Of a stretch of DNA of 64,000 nucleotides, positions 1 through 9,432 are shown piece after piece (positions within the stretch are counted from its first letter, which is position 1; each line of letters starts with the position of its first letter). The notes beneath the pieces were generated by a model. That model was not told where the DNA came from and ran no database searches. It worked only from the letters and a program-made list of their open reading frames with translations. Origin of the DNA: an uncultured Anaerolineaceae bacterium. GTDB taxonomy: Bacteria; Chloroflexota; Anaerolineae; Anaerolineales; UBA11579. Both the position numbers and the translations under genes were made by a program. The stretch lies in contig CAZNFL010000009.1 of the NCBI GenBank assembly GCA_964572455.1, positions 443 to 64,442 on the forward strand, written 5' to 3'.

Positions 1-714
1 GGTGAGGCGCACCACGTGGCTGCCATCCGCGTCCATCACATAAATCTCAGAGTTCCCATCCCGCCGGGAGACAAAGACGATCCTCTCCCCGTCAGGGGAC
101 CAGGTCGGTTCGTAGTCATAGGCCGCCTCGTCAGTGAGCTGGCGGATGTCGTTGCCCTGCATGTCCATAATGTAAAGGTCACGGTTTTTCTCGCGTTCTG
201 ACATATACACAATAAGCTCGCCGTCCGGGGAAAAACTGGGATAGCAGTCAAATCCGGGCAGCGTGGTCAATTGGCGTTGCTCCGGATCCGCGCTGACCGT
301 GACCAGATAAACATCGCGCAGCACATCCGAGCCGGGCACGCCATCGAAGGCGATAAGCTCCCCATCGGGGGACCACACGGGCGCTTCGGCAAAGGAGTTG
401 GTCAATCCGCCGGTCAGGTTGAATTCGCCCGTGCCATCCGGGCGAATGAGCCATACGTCGCGGCGGCCGCCTTCGCTGGCGGTGAAGGCGATCCAGCCGA
501 GGTCGGAGAGTGCCAGGGACTGCTCGGCGTTCGGGGTAGCCACGTGCTCGGGGGAGGGGCTCGAAGATGGGCCGCCGGTCTCGGGTGCATTTTCAACTGT
601 TGCGGTGGGTTGCGGTACTTGAACGGCGGCGCTATCGCAGGCGAAGAGAATGAGGGAAAACGCTATAAAAACCAAAAGGAGCGGCAATGTAGGCTTCAAT
701 GAAGGCTGGAACAT
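1..714 (-). CDS. TolB-like PD40/WD40-like beta-propeller lipoprotein (C-terminus lies beyond window start)
   Basis: Not in the ORF track because it has no stop in the window. The minus-strand frame is open from ATG 714..712 to base 1 (238 codons). N-terminus MFQPSLKPTLPLLLVFIAFSLILFAC is a signal peptide with a lipobox Cys. Repeated blades VWSPDGELIAF / SFSPDGELIVY / TWSPDGERIVF are each followed by D(V/L/I)Y. Confidence 0.75.
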   Translation of the reverse strand, partial: MFQPSLKPTLPLLLVFIAFSLILFACDSAAVQVPQPTATVENAPETGGPSSSPSPEHVATPNAEQSLALSDLGWIAFTASEGGRRDVWLIRPDGTGEFNLTGGLTNSFAEAPVWSPDGELIAFDGVPGSDVLRDVYLVTVSADPEQRQLTTLPGFDCYPSFSPDGELIVYMSEREKNRDLYIMDMQGNDIRQLTDEAAYDYEPTWSPDGERIVFVSRRDGNSEIYVMDADGSHVVRLT

Positions 715-716
715 TC

Positions 717-1994
717 TTAGTCCTTTACAGGATTGTCTTCTATCACATCCTTGGCAAGCCTGTTGAGAACGCCACTATCTTTCTCGTCCACATGGGCGCT
801 CTTCCAATATATATCGAGCAATTGGTAAGCCGAAAGCTCGCCTACGCGCTGGTCTTCGGGGATGCGAATGCGCGCCTCGGCTTGTGGGCGCTTCACCAGA
901 TGGAATTCGAAGGTCTCGGCGGCGGCCTCGCGCAGCGCGGCTTCGTCCAGGTAAGGCTCCAGTTCGCGCGGATAGTCGATCGTCAGGCGCACAATGGCGT
1001 CTTTCATATCTGCCTTGGAAGGTAGGGCGGCTTGAAGCCTCTTCATCACGTTATCCGGCGAATTAAGCACGACGCGGCGGTCAAAGAACGGACGGATGTT
1101 CTCCAGTTTGCGCCAGGCATAAGTGGTTGCCCCCCTTTCAAGATTCACTAAAACGTAGAACTTGTCATCGTGCACTTCGCCAAAATCGACGCGTTCGATG
1201 GAGCCGGCGTAAACCACCGGCGGGAGATTTTCTTTTACCGGTACATTCGGTACGATCTTAAGTGCGGCGTTGTTCACGTCCTGTGCTTTGTGGATGTGGC
1301 CCAGGGCGACATAGTCCAGCTTTTTGTTTTTGACCAGCGAAGGGGACAGTACAAGGTCGGCGCCCAGCATCACGCTGCGCTCGGCGCCAAACAGAGCGCC
1401 TTGCACCGAGGCATGTGCCATCATCACCGTGGGCAGGCCGGCCTCGCATTCGGCGATAAATTGCTGCACCAGCTCGCCCAGGCGCTCTTCCAATGCGGAG
1501 TAGATTTCGCTGCTCTCAGTGGACTCGACGTTGCCAGAAGCCAGCATTTGGGAGCGCGCCACCCAGGGCAGGGCAATGACGTTCAACGGCAGGTCCCAAA
1601 GGTCTGCGGGGCCCAAACGTTCCGGTTTGGCCAACACGCGCACGTAAGGGATCTCCAGCGTGTTGTATTCTTCCATGGCATGGGCGCGCCCGAGGCTGGG
1701 CGAAAGATCGTGGTTGCCCACCAGCAAGAGGGTCGGAATGTGCGCCCTGGAAAGGCGCATGATGCGCCTGCCCCACTCGCGCTGGAAGGTGGGCGCCGGG
1801 TTGCGGTCTTTATAGGCATCCCCCGTGAATAGGACCAGGTCTACTTTTTCGCTGATGGCCGTATCGATGATCTCATCCAGCGACTTAAGGAAGTCCAGCA
1901 CGCGCACTGGCAGGCCAGTCTGCGGGTCATGGCGGCCATAATTGGCGATGTCAATATGGGCGTCGGAGAAATGCAACAGCTTGAGGGCGCTCAT
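717..1994 (-). CDS. Mre11/SbcD-family metallophosphoesterase (DNA repair exonuclease)
   Basis: Calcineurin-like motifs LLHFSDAHID, FTGDAYKD, VGNHD, GHIH. Start moved to ATG 1994 (MSALKLLHF), which forms an ATGA overlap with the upstream stop. No SbcC/Rad50 partner is adjacent. Confidence 0.8.
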   Translation of the reverse strand: MSALKLLHFSDAHIDIANYGRHDPQTGLPVRVLDFLKSLDEIIDTAISEKVDLVLFTGDAYKDRNPAPTFQREWGRRIMRLSRAHIPTLLLVGNHDLSPSLGRAHAMEEYNTLEIPYVRVLAKPERLGPADLWDLPLNVIALPWVARSQMLASGNVESTESSEIYSALEERLGELVQQFIAECEAGLPTVMMAHASVQGALFGAERSVMLGADLVLSPSLVKNKKLDYVALGHIHKAQDVNNAALKIVPNVPVKENLPPVVYAGSIERVDFGEVHDDKFYVLVNLERGATTYAWRKLENIRPFFDRRVVLNSPDNVMKRLQAALPSKADMKDAIVRLTIDYPRELEPYLDEAALREAAAETFEFHLVKRPQAEARIRIPEDQRVGELSAYQLLDIYWKSAHVDEKDSGVLNRLAKDVIEDNPVKD

Positions 1995-3373
1995 CCAGTG
2001 ATCCCAAGGGCTCGCAATTGCTCCCAACCTGCCCAAAAGTTAGGGTTAATGCGTACCGATTCCCGCAGGTCGGCGATAGCGTTGTCCGTCTCACCGAGAG
2101 CCAAATAAGCCAAGCCGCGCCAATAAAGGCTTTCTTCCAAGGTGGGGTCGTCCATGGGGTTCAGTGTAGTGTTCGCCAAACCAATTACATCGTTGTAGCG
2201 ACCACTGTAATAATATGCCCAATATGGCCCTGTCTGATACCACATCATACGATAGGGTAGTTTTATGCTGTTGTCATCAGGCAGCCCTGCGTACAGTTCA
2301 AACGCGTAATCATAAGCAAAGGCGGCGTCCACATATTGGAACAAGCGCACATGACTGCTGCCCACATTGAACCAAGCGAAATACTGATCAAGGCTGGTCA
2401 AGGTTGTGGACTCTGCCTGGGCGATTTCAAGGGCGTGTTCGTTTGCCCACTGCTCGTCAGCCCAAGGGCCAAGTAACGTAATTACTTCGTTCAGGCGCTC
2501 TTCAGGGTAAATTACGAAAAACAAATAATTGAAGGCGCGCCACTGATTATTAAATTCATCATAGGGGGAAGTCAGGTTGGCACCAGTACCATCTTCTCCT
2601 GTACGCAAGTACACATCCTGGACAGTGAATTGTTGTTTGGCATCGTCGTACCCCGTCACAAATAAATAATGGCCACACCAAGTGATTTCTCCGGAAGTCT
2701 CACATTCGGAGCCTTTCTCAACCACGACGGGGAAACCCGCTGCGATGAAGCGCTTGATGCGCTCCAAGTCGCCACCCACACGTACTACGGCTTGCAAACC
2801 CGGAACCTGGCTATCAACAAAATCCTCCAACTCGTAGGGCATTACATTCTTATCGGGCCTTCCGCGTTCTACGCGGTTCAAGTTGGGGTCATCGAGACCA
2901 GGTTTGACATAATCCTCGACGTCGTTACGTGTTCCATCCCAGCCCCAATACGTGAGGGCTGTGGCTAGCGTGGCTGGTCCGCACAGGTTCCAACCGCCAT
3001 GCTGGTCGATATATTTGAAGCCGGTCAAGGTCATGGACGGAGGAATCGGATCCTCGGTGGGCAGGGGAGTCGCGGAGACGCGAACCGGAGTCTGGGTTGT
3101 TGCAGGCGTGAGCGCCAAGGCCGTAGCCGATGCGATGGCAACCTGGTTTTCCTCCGGTATGAAAATTGCTGCCTCGGGTGGGTTGAAATAGTGGCTAATT
3201 TGGGATCTGAGCTCGTCAACGCGCCAGGCCAGCCGATCGTGGACGAAGGGGATATTGTAGATAATGAAAGCTAAGGCCAAAATGCCAACTACGGCGCCCA
3301 ACCAATAGCGCCAGCGAGAGCCGGGTTTTTTATAGGTAGAGAAACGGCGAAAAAATGGATTGTCGTTCGACAT
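1991..3373 (-). CDS. membrane-anchored C39-like cysteine peptidase domain protein with C-terminal TPR
   Basis: N-terminal TM helix (WRYWLGAVVGILALAFIIYNI). Papain-like core with NLCGPATLATAL and a later CGHYLFVTGYDD segment. C-terminal LYWRGLAYLALGETDNAIADLRESVRINP is TPR-like. Confidence 0.6.
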   Translation of the reverse strand: MSNDNPFFRRFSTYKKPGSRWRYWLGAVVGILALAFIIYNIPFVHDRLAWRVDELRSQISHYFNPPEAAIFIPEENQVAIASATALALTPATTQTPVRVSATPLPTEDPIPPSMTLTGFKYIDQHGGWNLCGPATLATALTYWGWDGTRNDVEDYVKPGLDDPNLNRVERGRPDKNVMPYELEDFVDSQVPGLQAVVRVGGDLERIKRFIAAGFPVVVEKGSECETSGEITWCGHYLFVTGYDDAKQQFTVQDVYLRTGEDGTGANLTSPYDEFNNQWRAFNYLFFVIYPEERLNEVITLLGPWADEQWANEHALEIAQAESTTLTSLDQYFAWFNVGSSHVRLFQYVDAAFAYDYAFELYAGLPDDNSIKLPYRMMWYQTGPYWAYYYSGRYNDVIGLANTTLNPMDDPTLEESLYWRGLAYLALGETDNAIADLRESVRINPNFWAGWEQLRALGITG

Positions 3374-3608
3374 TCGCTCGATTATATCGTCGCAGGTTCA
3401 GGCGTGTGGCAAGCGACAAGTTATTAGTACGTCGGCGTTGGCGCCAGCTCGGCAGCCCCGACCGTGCTAACCGGTGCCCCGATCTCCTACGCTTCGCTTG
3501 ATGCCGCCCAGATACGGAAGGCTTGTATCAAAGCTACATCGCCACTGCGGCGATGAGGATCATCCTGGCTTTTTTTCGTTGAGCATCCATCGAGTACCCT
3601 GGCGCCTG

Positions 3609-3708
3609 GATTGCAGAACTAGTTTATGCGGAAGACTAGGTTCTATGGATTCCTCGCTGTTCTGGAATCTCAATTGGGTAAAGACTTAGAGACCCGCTCG
3701 GAATGACA
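3609..3708 (+). repeat. dispersed ~100-nt intergenic repeat, family A (TTGCAGAAC...TATGGATTCYTCGCT...CTCRGAATGACA)
   Basis: Alignable by eye with 6085-6184, 10600-10700 and the three tandem units at 44789-45169. Confidence 0.8.
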
Positions 3709-3721
3709 AAGAAGATGTAAC

Positions 3722-3756
3722 AAAAAAGAGCCGAGAAAAATCTCGGCCCTTTTTTC
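3722..3756. terminator. bidirectional rho-independent terminator after dnaK
   Basis: Stem gagccgaga/tctcggc flanked by an A-run and a T-run, 2 nt from the dnaK stop. Confidence 0.7.
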
Positions 3757-3757
3757 G

Positions 3758-5680
3758 TTACGCTTCGGTAAATTCCCCTTCGATCACTTCGCCCTCACCT
3801 TCGCCGGGATGGCGGCCGCTATGGCCGTTCCCGTTCGGCGCAGACCCGTTGGCCTGCGGCGGTTGCTGTGCGCTGGAACCAGCGCTGGACAGCTGCTGGC
3901 TCAACGCGTGGAAGGCATGCTGCAAGTCCTCGCTTAGGCGCTTGATCAGCTGGGTATCTTCGCCTTCGAGCGTTGCGCGCAGGTCCTTCACTTTGGCGGC
4001 GATGGCGCTGCTTTCAGTTGCAGGGACTTTGTCGCCCAGCTCCGTCAGCGTTTTCTCTGTCTGGTAAGCCAGGCTGTCGGCGGTATTGCGGGCTTCCACC
4101 AACTCACGGCGTTTAGAGTCTTCGCTTTCGTGCTGGCGAGCTTCCTTCACCATGCGCTCGATGTCGCCTTCGTTCAGGTTGGTGGAGGCGGTCACCGTGA
4201 TCTGCTGCGCCTGGCCGCTGGCGCGGTCTTTGGCGCTCACATTCAGGATGCCGTTGGCATCGATGTCAAAGGTGACCTCGACTTGGGGCACGCCGCGCGG
4301 AGAAGCCGGAATGCCTTCCAGGCGGAAGTGGCCCAGGCTCATGTTGTCGCCGGCTTGGGCGCGTTCGCCTTGCAGGATGTGCACGTCGACGGCTGTCTGG
4401 TTATCGTCAGCGGTCGAGTAGACCTCGGTCTTCTTGACCGGGATAGTCGTGTTGCGTTCGATCATCTTGGTCATCACGCCGCCCAGGGTTTCGACACCCA
4501 GGGAAAGCGGGGTTACGTCCAGCAAAAGCACATCTTTCACTTCACCGCCCAGCACGCCGGCCTGAATGGCAGCCCCAATGGCCACCACCTCGTCCGGGTT
4601 GACGCCCTTGTGGGGCTCTTTGCCGGTCAGCGAGCGCACCAGGACTTGCACCATGGGCATGCGCGTAGCTCCACCTACCAGCACCACTTCGTTCAGGTCA
4701 CCGGGTTTCAGCCCAGCGTCCTTCAAGGCGGCGTCAAACGGGCCGCGCAAGCCGGTTACCAGTTTTTCAGTGAGTTGCTCCAGTTTGGCGCGGCTCAGCT
4801 TGGTGACGAGATGCTTGGGACCGGATGCATCCGCGGTGATGTAAGGCAGGTTGATCTCTGTCTCCATGACCGAAGAGAGCTCGATCTTGGCCTTTTCGGC
4901 CGCTTCACGCAGGCGTTGCAAGGCCTGGCGATCTTTTCTCAGGTCGATGCCCTGTTGGGATTTGAACTCGTCAGCCACGTAGTTAACGATGGCTTCGTCC
5001 CAGTCATCGCCGCCCAGGTGCGTATCGCCATTGGTAGCTTTCACTTCCACGACGCCCCCACCCACTTCGAGGACGCTGACATCGAAAGTACCACCACCCA
5101 GGTCGAAGACCAGGATGGTTTCATTGTCTTTCTTCTCCAGCCCATAGGCCAGGGCAGCCGCGGTGGGCTCGTTGATGATGCGCAAGACCTCGAGACCGGC
5201 AACTTTGCCGGCGTCTTTGGTGGCCTGGCGCTGGCTGTCGTTGAAGTAGGCCGGGACGGTGATGACCGCCTTGTCGACCTTTTCGCCCAGGTAAGCCTCG
5301 GCGTCAGCCTTCAGCTTGCCCAGCACCATAGCTGAGATCTCTTGCGGGCTGAATTCCTTTTTGGCAGCCGGGATCTTGACGCGCACGTCATCCCCAGGGC
5401 CTGCCACAACCTCGAACGGCACCATGTGGCGCTCGGTCTCCACTTCGGCGAAGCGGCGGCCGATGAAGCGCTTGATGGAAGCCACGGTGTTCTCGGGGTT
5501 GATCACGGCCTGGCGTTTGGCGGTTTGGCCCACCAGGCGTTCGCCGTTCTTGTTGAAAGCCACCACCGAGGGCAGCAGGCGCGAACCTTCGGCGGTCGGG
5601 ATCACGGTGGGATCCCCGCCTTCGATCACGGCGGCCACGCTGTTGGTGGTGCCTAAGTCAATTCCTATAATTTTTGCCAT
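3758..5680 (-). CDS. dnaK: molecular chaperone DnaK (Hsp70)
   Basis: 640 aa. Hsp70 signatures [34 protein letters not shown] upstream. Confidence 0.98.
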   Translation of the reverse strand: MAKIIGIDLGTTNSVAAVIEGGDPTVIPTAEGSRLLPSVVAFNKNGERLVGQTAKRQAVINPENTVASIKRFIGRRFAEVETERHMVPFEVVAGPGDDVRVKIPAAKKEFSPQEISAMVLGKLKADAEAYLGEKVDKAVITVPAYFNDSQRQATKDAGKVAGLEVLRIINEPTAAALAYGLEKKDNETILVFDLGGGTFDVSVLEVGGGVVEVKATNGDTHLGGDDWDEAIVNYVADEFKSQQGIDLRKDRQALQRLREAAEKAKIELSSVMETEINLPYITADASGPKHLVTKLSRAKLEQLTEKLVTGLRGPFDAALKDAGLKPGDLNEVVLVGGATRMPMVQVLVRSLTGKEPHKGVNPDEVVAIGAAIQAGVLGGEVKDVLLLDVTPLSLGVETLGGVMTKMIERNTTIPVKKTEVYSTADDNQTAVDVHILQGERAQAGDNMSLGHFRLEGIPASPRGVPQVEVTFDIDANGILNVSAKDRASGQAQQITVTASTNLNEGDIERMVKEARQHESEDSKRRELVEARNTADSLAYQTEKTLTELGDKVPATESSAIAAKVKDLRATLEGEDTQLIKRLSEDLQHAFHALSQQLSSAGSSAQQPPQANGSAPNGNGHSGRHPGEGEGEVIEGEFTEA

Positions 5681-5964
5681 TGGTAAAACTCCTCTATTAG
5701 TAAGTTGTGATAGTGAATAGTCGATTAGTCAATCGGTAAAAAAATTCAATTGGTGACTATTCACCAGTCACGCTGCAATGATAGGCGAGGAGCACAAGAA
5801 TGACGTTAACGAAATATCGATTCTTTATAAGCGTAATCCCGTCCAAATTCCCAACTCTACACTCAGCCTCTTGGTTACTTGACAGGAATAAAGTTGTATT
5901 GTGCCGAGGACTTACAAGGGGCTCGTGTAAACTTGACAAGGCTCTAGCTCACCACCATCCCCTG

Positions 5965-6069
5965 CCCCTTCCCCTTCAAAGGGGAAGGGGAGACGCTATA
6001 AATGCATGGAATTCGAATTAGGTGTGAGGATTTCGGAGTTTTGTCAAAGGGCGGGTCTGAGACCCGCCC
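5965..6069. repeat. two GC-rich stem-loop repeat elements
   Basis: ccccttcccc-ttcaaa-ggggaagggg (5965-5990) and gggcgggtc-tga-gacccgccc (6049-6069). Both are perfect hairpins in a non-coding gap. Confidence 0.6.
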
Positions 6070-6084
6070 TACAAAACCACGGAT

Positions 6085-6184
6085 GATGCAGAACGTAAGG
6101 ATCCCGGTGAGATGGGCTACGTGGATTCTTCGCTGGTGTTGGGCGGCGGTCTGGTGAAGGCTTTAGCTCCCGCTCAGAATGACA
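6085..6184 (+). repeat. family A intergenic repeat copy
   Basis: gatgcagaacg...gtggattcttcgctggtgtt...cgctcagaatgaca. Confidence 0.8.
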
Positions 6185-6352
6185 CAAGGATGTACGGCGG
6201 GGAGACACCGCCAAAGGCGGACCCACAGGCTCAGAGGGGACAAAAACAGTGGTATCGTGAGTATTCGATAGTCATATTAGCCAACCCCAACAGGTTGCCG
6301 CGGGCGGCTGACGGCAATAACAATTGAGGAAAAAACGATAAGAAACATTGCA

Positions 6353-6715
6353 TTGGTTGCTACGGTAATTCTCTTTGTGGGGAATTTGATGCCCTGGGCC
6401 ACCTTAGTTAGCATCTATGGCTTCGCTGTATCAAAAATAGGAGTTGAGGGGCTTGGCTTTTTTTCCGCAATGATGGGTATGATCGGATTTATTATTGCTT
6501 TAACAAAGCTGGAAGTTCCGGGAGATCGCTTCTCCGTTGCCATCGCTATTTTTGGAATATTCACGCTCGCTATACTCGCGTATGATTGGACACACCTTAT
6601 AAACAATGATGACCCCACTATCACTATCCACACAGGAATTGGAATTTACGTGACTGGGTTTGCAGCAATACTTATGGTTTTTTCCGGTTTTGCCAAGAAT
6701 ACCTCAGGGGAATAA
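6353..6715 (+). CDS. small polytopic membrane protein, unknown function
   Basis: 120 aa with four hydrophobic helices. Lower GC than its neighbours. Confidence 0.55.
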   Translation: MVATVILFVGNLMPWATLVSIYGFAVSKIGVEGLGFFSAMMGMIGFIIALTKLEVPGDRFSVAIAIFGIFTLAILAYDWTHLINNDDPTITIHTGIGIYVTGFAAILMVFSGFAKNTSGE

Positions 6716-6741
6716 AAGTGGCAGTGACCCGGCTGCGCCGG

Positions 6742-7420
6742 ATAACGCAACTCCACGCTAGATTTTCCGCTTTTGTCGCCTTGAAGGCCACACTCTTTGG
6801 CGCATTACCTCAAAGGCCAAGGCCGCAGTGGACGAGGCGACGTCCAGGTCGGCCTTGAAATCCCGACCATAAGGGATGGACAGCAGCACGTCGCACAAGG
6901 CGAGAGCAGACGCAGTAAGGCCGCGCCGTTCCCCGCCGATCAGCATGAATAAGGGCCCGTGCAGGTCTACTGCATAGACCGAGACGCTGTTCTTTTCTTT
7001 GGCGGTGCTGGCCCCACGGTGAAGCCGCGGCCCTTGAAATGAGCAATGGCTTCTTCGGGCGTGGCGGCCTTAGCGGTCGGCATATACTGGGAGGCGCCGG
7101 CAGAGGCGCGGGTCACCACGGCGAGGGCCGAATCCCAGTTACGCTCGGGCACAACCAGGCCATGAGCGCCGGAGGCGTAGAGGGCGCGCAGCGCCTGGCC
7201 GTAGTTGTAGGGATCCTCGACGCCATACAGCATGGCGACGAAGGGGTTGGGAATGCCAGCAGCGAGCTTATCTAAAGCGAGGAAGTCGCGGGGACCAGCG
7301 GTGGCAAGCACGCCGCCGTGGGAGCGGCCTTGGGCCAGGGTTTCAAGCTCGGGACCGGAAACGCTGTGCAGCGGGATGCCGCGCTCGGAGGCCAGGGCGC
7401 GGATGCGGGGGGCTTCGCGG
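6742..7420. repeat. segmental duplication, copy 1 (offset 1775 nt to copy 2)
   Basis: Aligns base-for-base with 8517-9195. The central ~450 nt are near identical (the + strand shadow ORFs 7039-7275 and 8814-9050 translate identically). The outer ~100 nt at the 6742 end are much more diverged. Confidence 0.9.
6758..7420 (-). pseudogene. 5'-truncated, frameshifted copy of a TrmH/SpoU-family RNA methyltransferase
   Basis: Homology to the full copy stops at ~7420 (EAPRIRALASERG), so the first ~35 codons are missing. It carries the same frame break at CCCC 7012-7015 as copy 2. Confidence 0.8.
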
Positions 7421-7480
7421 CATTTACTGGGCAATCGCGCGGGGTATCGTTTAGAATTAGAAACAACCGAGATTACACGC

Positions 7481-8188
7481 ATGAAAATACGGAAACAAAC
7501 AAAAGCTGGCCTGGTGCAATTGCTCAGAGGCTTGTTCGATGAACTGTTCCTGCTGGAAAGCCGGAACATTTTCAGGTGGCGCCAGATCCACGCACTGGAG
7601 GAAACCGGCCAATTTATCGAAGAGCAGCTGCCCTTGGCGCACTCGTTTGAAACTCGCTACGCCCTGTTTGACTACATCCTCAAGAGCCAGCAAATTAGCG
7701 AACGGGAAGGATTGGTCTGCGAATTTGGGGTGGCAACCGGCAAGAGCATCAATTACCTGGCCGGCAAGTTGAAAAGCAAGACCATCTTTGGCTTCGATTC
7801 ATTTGAAGGATTGCCGGAAGCGTGGAGGGGCAACTATCCGAAAGGAACGTTTGAAACTGCATTGCCTGCCGTGCGCGAGAATGTAGAACTGATACCAGGC
7901 TTGTTCGACGACACGCTCGGGCCTTTCCTGCAAAAGCATTCAGAGACCGCCCTGCTGCTTCACCTGGATGCCGACCTGTATAGCTCAACAAAAACAGTTC
8001 TCGAGATCATCAAGTCCAGGATCGTGCCCGGCACGATCCTCGTCTTTGATGAGTTCTTTAATTATCCGGGATGGCAAGAAGGCGAGGCCAAAGCCTTTTC
8101 CGAGTTTATCGAGAGCACGAAGCTGCGTTTTGAATACCTTGCCTATAACTGCCTAGGCACCCAATTAGCAGTCCAAATAATCGAATAG
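7481..8188 (+). CDS. class I SAM-dependent methyltransferase, TylF/macrocin-O-MTase-like
   Basis: VCEFGVATGKS (SAM motif I), FGFDSFEGLP, LLHLDADLYSST, ILVFDEF. Start set to ATG 7481 because the ORF-track extension to 7232 is antisense to the SpoU fragment. Confidence 0.7.
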   Translation: MKIRKQTKAGLVQLLRGLFDELFLLESRNIFRWRQIHALEETGQFIEEQLPLAHSFETRYALFDYILKSQQISEREGLVCEFGVATGKSINYLAGKLKSKTIFGFDSFEGLPEAWRGNYPKGTFETALPAVRENVELIPGLFDDTLGPFLQKHSETALLLHLDADLYSSTKTVLEIIKSRIVPGTILVFDEFFNYPGWQEGEAKAFSEFIESTKLRFEYLAYNCLGTQLAVQIIE

Positions 8189-8200
8189 AAACCGACACCA

Positions 8201-8437
8201 CTAAATATCTTTGGCGTGACAATCCCAGCAAAGGATTTGTACGTCAGGCCCTAAGCTGCCGTCCGTTGTAGTAATGCGTTGAGCTTCCCAAGCGCCGTCA
8301 CCATATATCCCGCGGTTGATCCAATTTAGCCGTTTGCCGCAGCGTTCACCGGGATGTTTGTGATGAGGGCGGCGACATTCGCACAACCCACCGGCACGCT
8401 GCCATGCCTGTTCGATAATTAGCCGCGAAAGAGTCAT
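8201..8437 (-). CDS. small Cys/His-rich HNH-like protein
   Basis: 78 aa with CECRRPHHKH...C...WEAQRI...ILCWDCHAK. This is a treble-clef/HNH-like arrangement, but QR sits where related small HNH proteins usually have HH. Confidence 0.5.
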   Translation of the reverse strand: MTLSRLIIEQAWQRAGGLCECRRPHHKHPGERCGKRLNWINRGIYGDGAWEAQRITTTDGSLGPDVQILCWDCHAKDI

Positions 8438-8516
8438 AGTCTTATTTTAGCCAAGAAGCCACCTCAGGTTGTTGCTAAACCGCGGCTGCTTGAGGATTGC
8501 TTCCCCGTTTCGCCGA

Positions 8517-9195
8517 GTAACGCAACTCCATCCTATTTTTTTCGCTTGTGGCGTATTTGAGGCCACACCCTTTGACGCATCACTTCGAACGCGAGCGCGG
8601 CGGTAGACGAAGTAACGTCCAGGTCGGCCCTGAAATCCCGGCCATAAGGGATGGACAGCAGCACGTCGCACAAGGCGAGAGCAGGCGCAGTAAGGCCGCG
8701 CCGTTCCCCGCCGATCAGCATGAATAAGGGCCCGTGCAGGTCTACTGCATAGACCGAGACGCTGTTCTTTTCTTTGGCGGTGCTGGCCCCACGGTGAAGC
8801 CGCGGCCCTTGAAATGAGCAATGGCTTCTTCGGGCGTGGCGGCCTTAGCGGTCGGCATATACTGGGAGGCGCCGGCAGAGGCGCGGGTCACCACGGCGAG
8901 GGCCGAATCCCAGTTACGCTCGGGCACAACCAGGCCATGAGCGCCGGAGGCGTAGAGGGCGCGCAGCGCCTGGCCGTAGTTGTAGGGATCCTCGACGCCA
9001 TACAGCATGGCGACGAAGGGGTTGGGAATGCCAGCAGCGAGCTTATCTAAAGCGAGGAAGTCGCGGGGACCAGCGGTAGCCAGCACTCCGCCGTGGGAGC
9101 GGCCTTGGGCGAGGGTTTCAAGCTCGGGACCGGGAACGCTATGCAGCGGGACGCCGCGCTCGGAGGCCAGCGCGCGGATACGGGGGGCCTCGCGC
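8517..9195. repeat. segmental duplication, copy 2
   Basis: See 6742-7420. Confidence 0.9.
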
Positions 9196-9299
9196 AGGTC
9201 CTTGCCCTGTTGGAGGTAGACGGCATGCACTGGCCGGACGCGGGCTTCGAGAGCGGCCAGGACGGAGAGGGAGCCTTCGAGGGTCAGGGAGGGTTCCAT
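8533..9299 (-). pseudogene. TrmH/SpoU-family RNA 2'-O-methyltransferase, full length but split by a 1-nt frame break
   Basis: 8742-9299 encodes the N-terminal and central part (...AIAHFKGRGFTV). 8533-8721 encodes the knot motifs (LIGGERRGLT...LLSIPYG...LDVTSSTAALAFEV). Adding one G to the run at 8787-8790 joins them as GFTVGASTAKEKNSVSVYAVDLHGPLFMLIGGERRGL. Confidence 0.8.
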
Positions 9300-9432
9300 G
9301 GGCGGAGTATAGCTTGGGTTACTGCGCCAAGGTTTGCAGCACTCGGTTATGTGGAAGACAACATTATGATATTTCTTCGGCTCGCCGAGCTCGCCTCAGA
9401 ATGACAGGATATGAGCAGATATGCGCCTATAA

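Noticed and set aside
4130-5335. 401-aa + strand ORF (and several others) overlapping dnaK
   Set aside because: They are antisense to an unmistakable Hsp70 gene. Their composition (G/A/V/H/D/L/Q-rich, no motifs) is typical of shadow ORFs in GC-rich DNA.
5681-5960. CIRCE or HAIR heat-shock operator upstream of dnaK
   Set aside because: No match to either consensus on either strand. Only the unrelated inverted repeat reported as a finding is present.
7232-7480. N-terminal extensions offered by the ORF track (7232-7480; also 43916-44215, 37012-37116, 46190-46282, 16795-16827, 45502-45603)
   Set aside because: The extensions overlap neighbouring genes, a tRNA or repeats. Internal ATG/GTG codons give canonical N-termini (signal peptides, family-typical starts).
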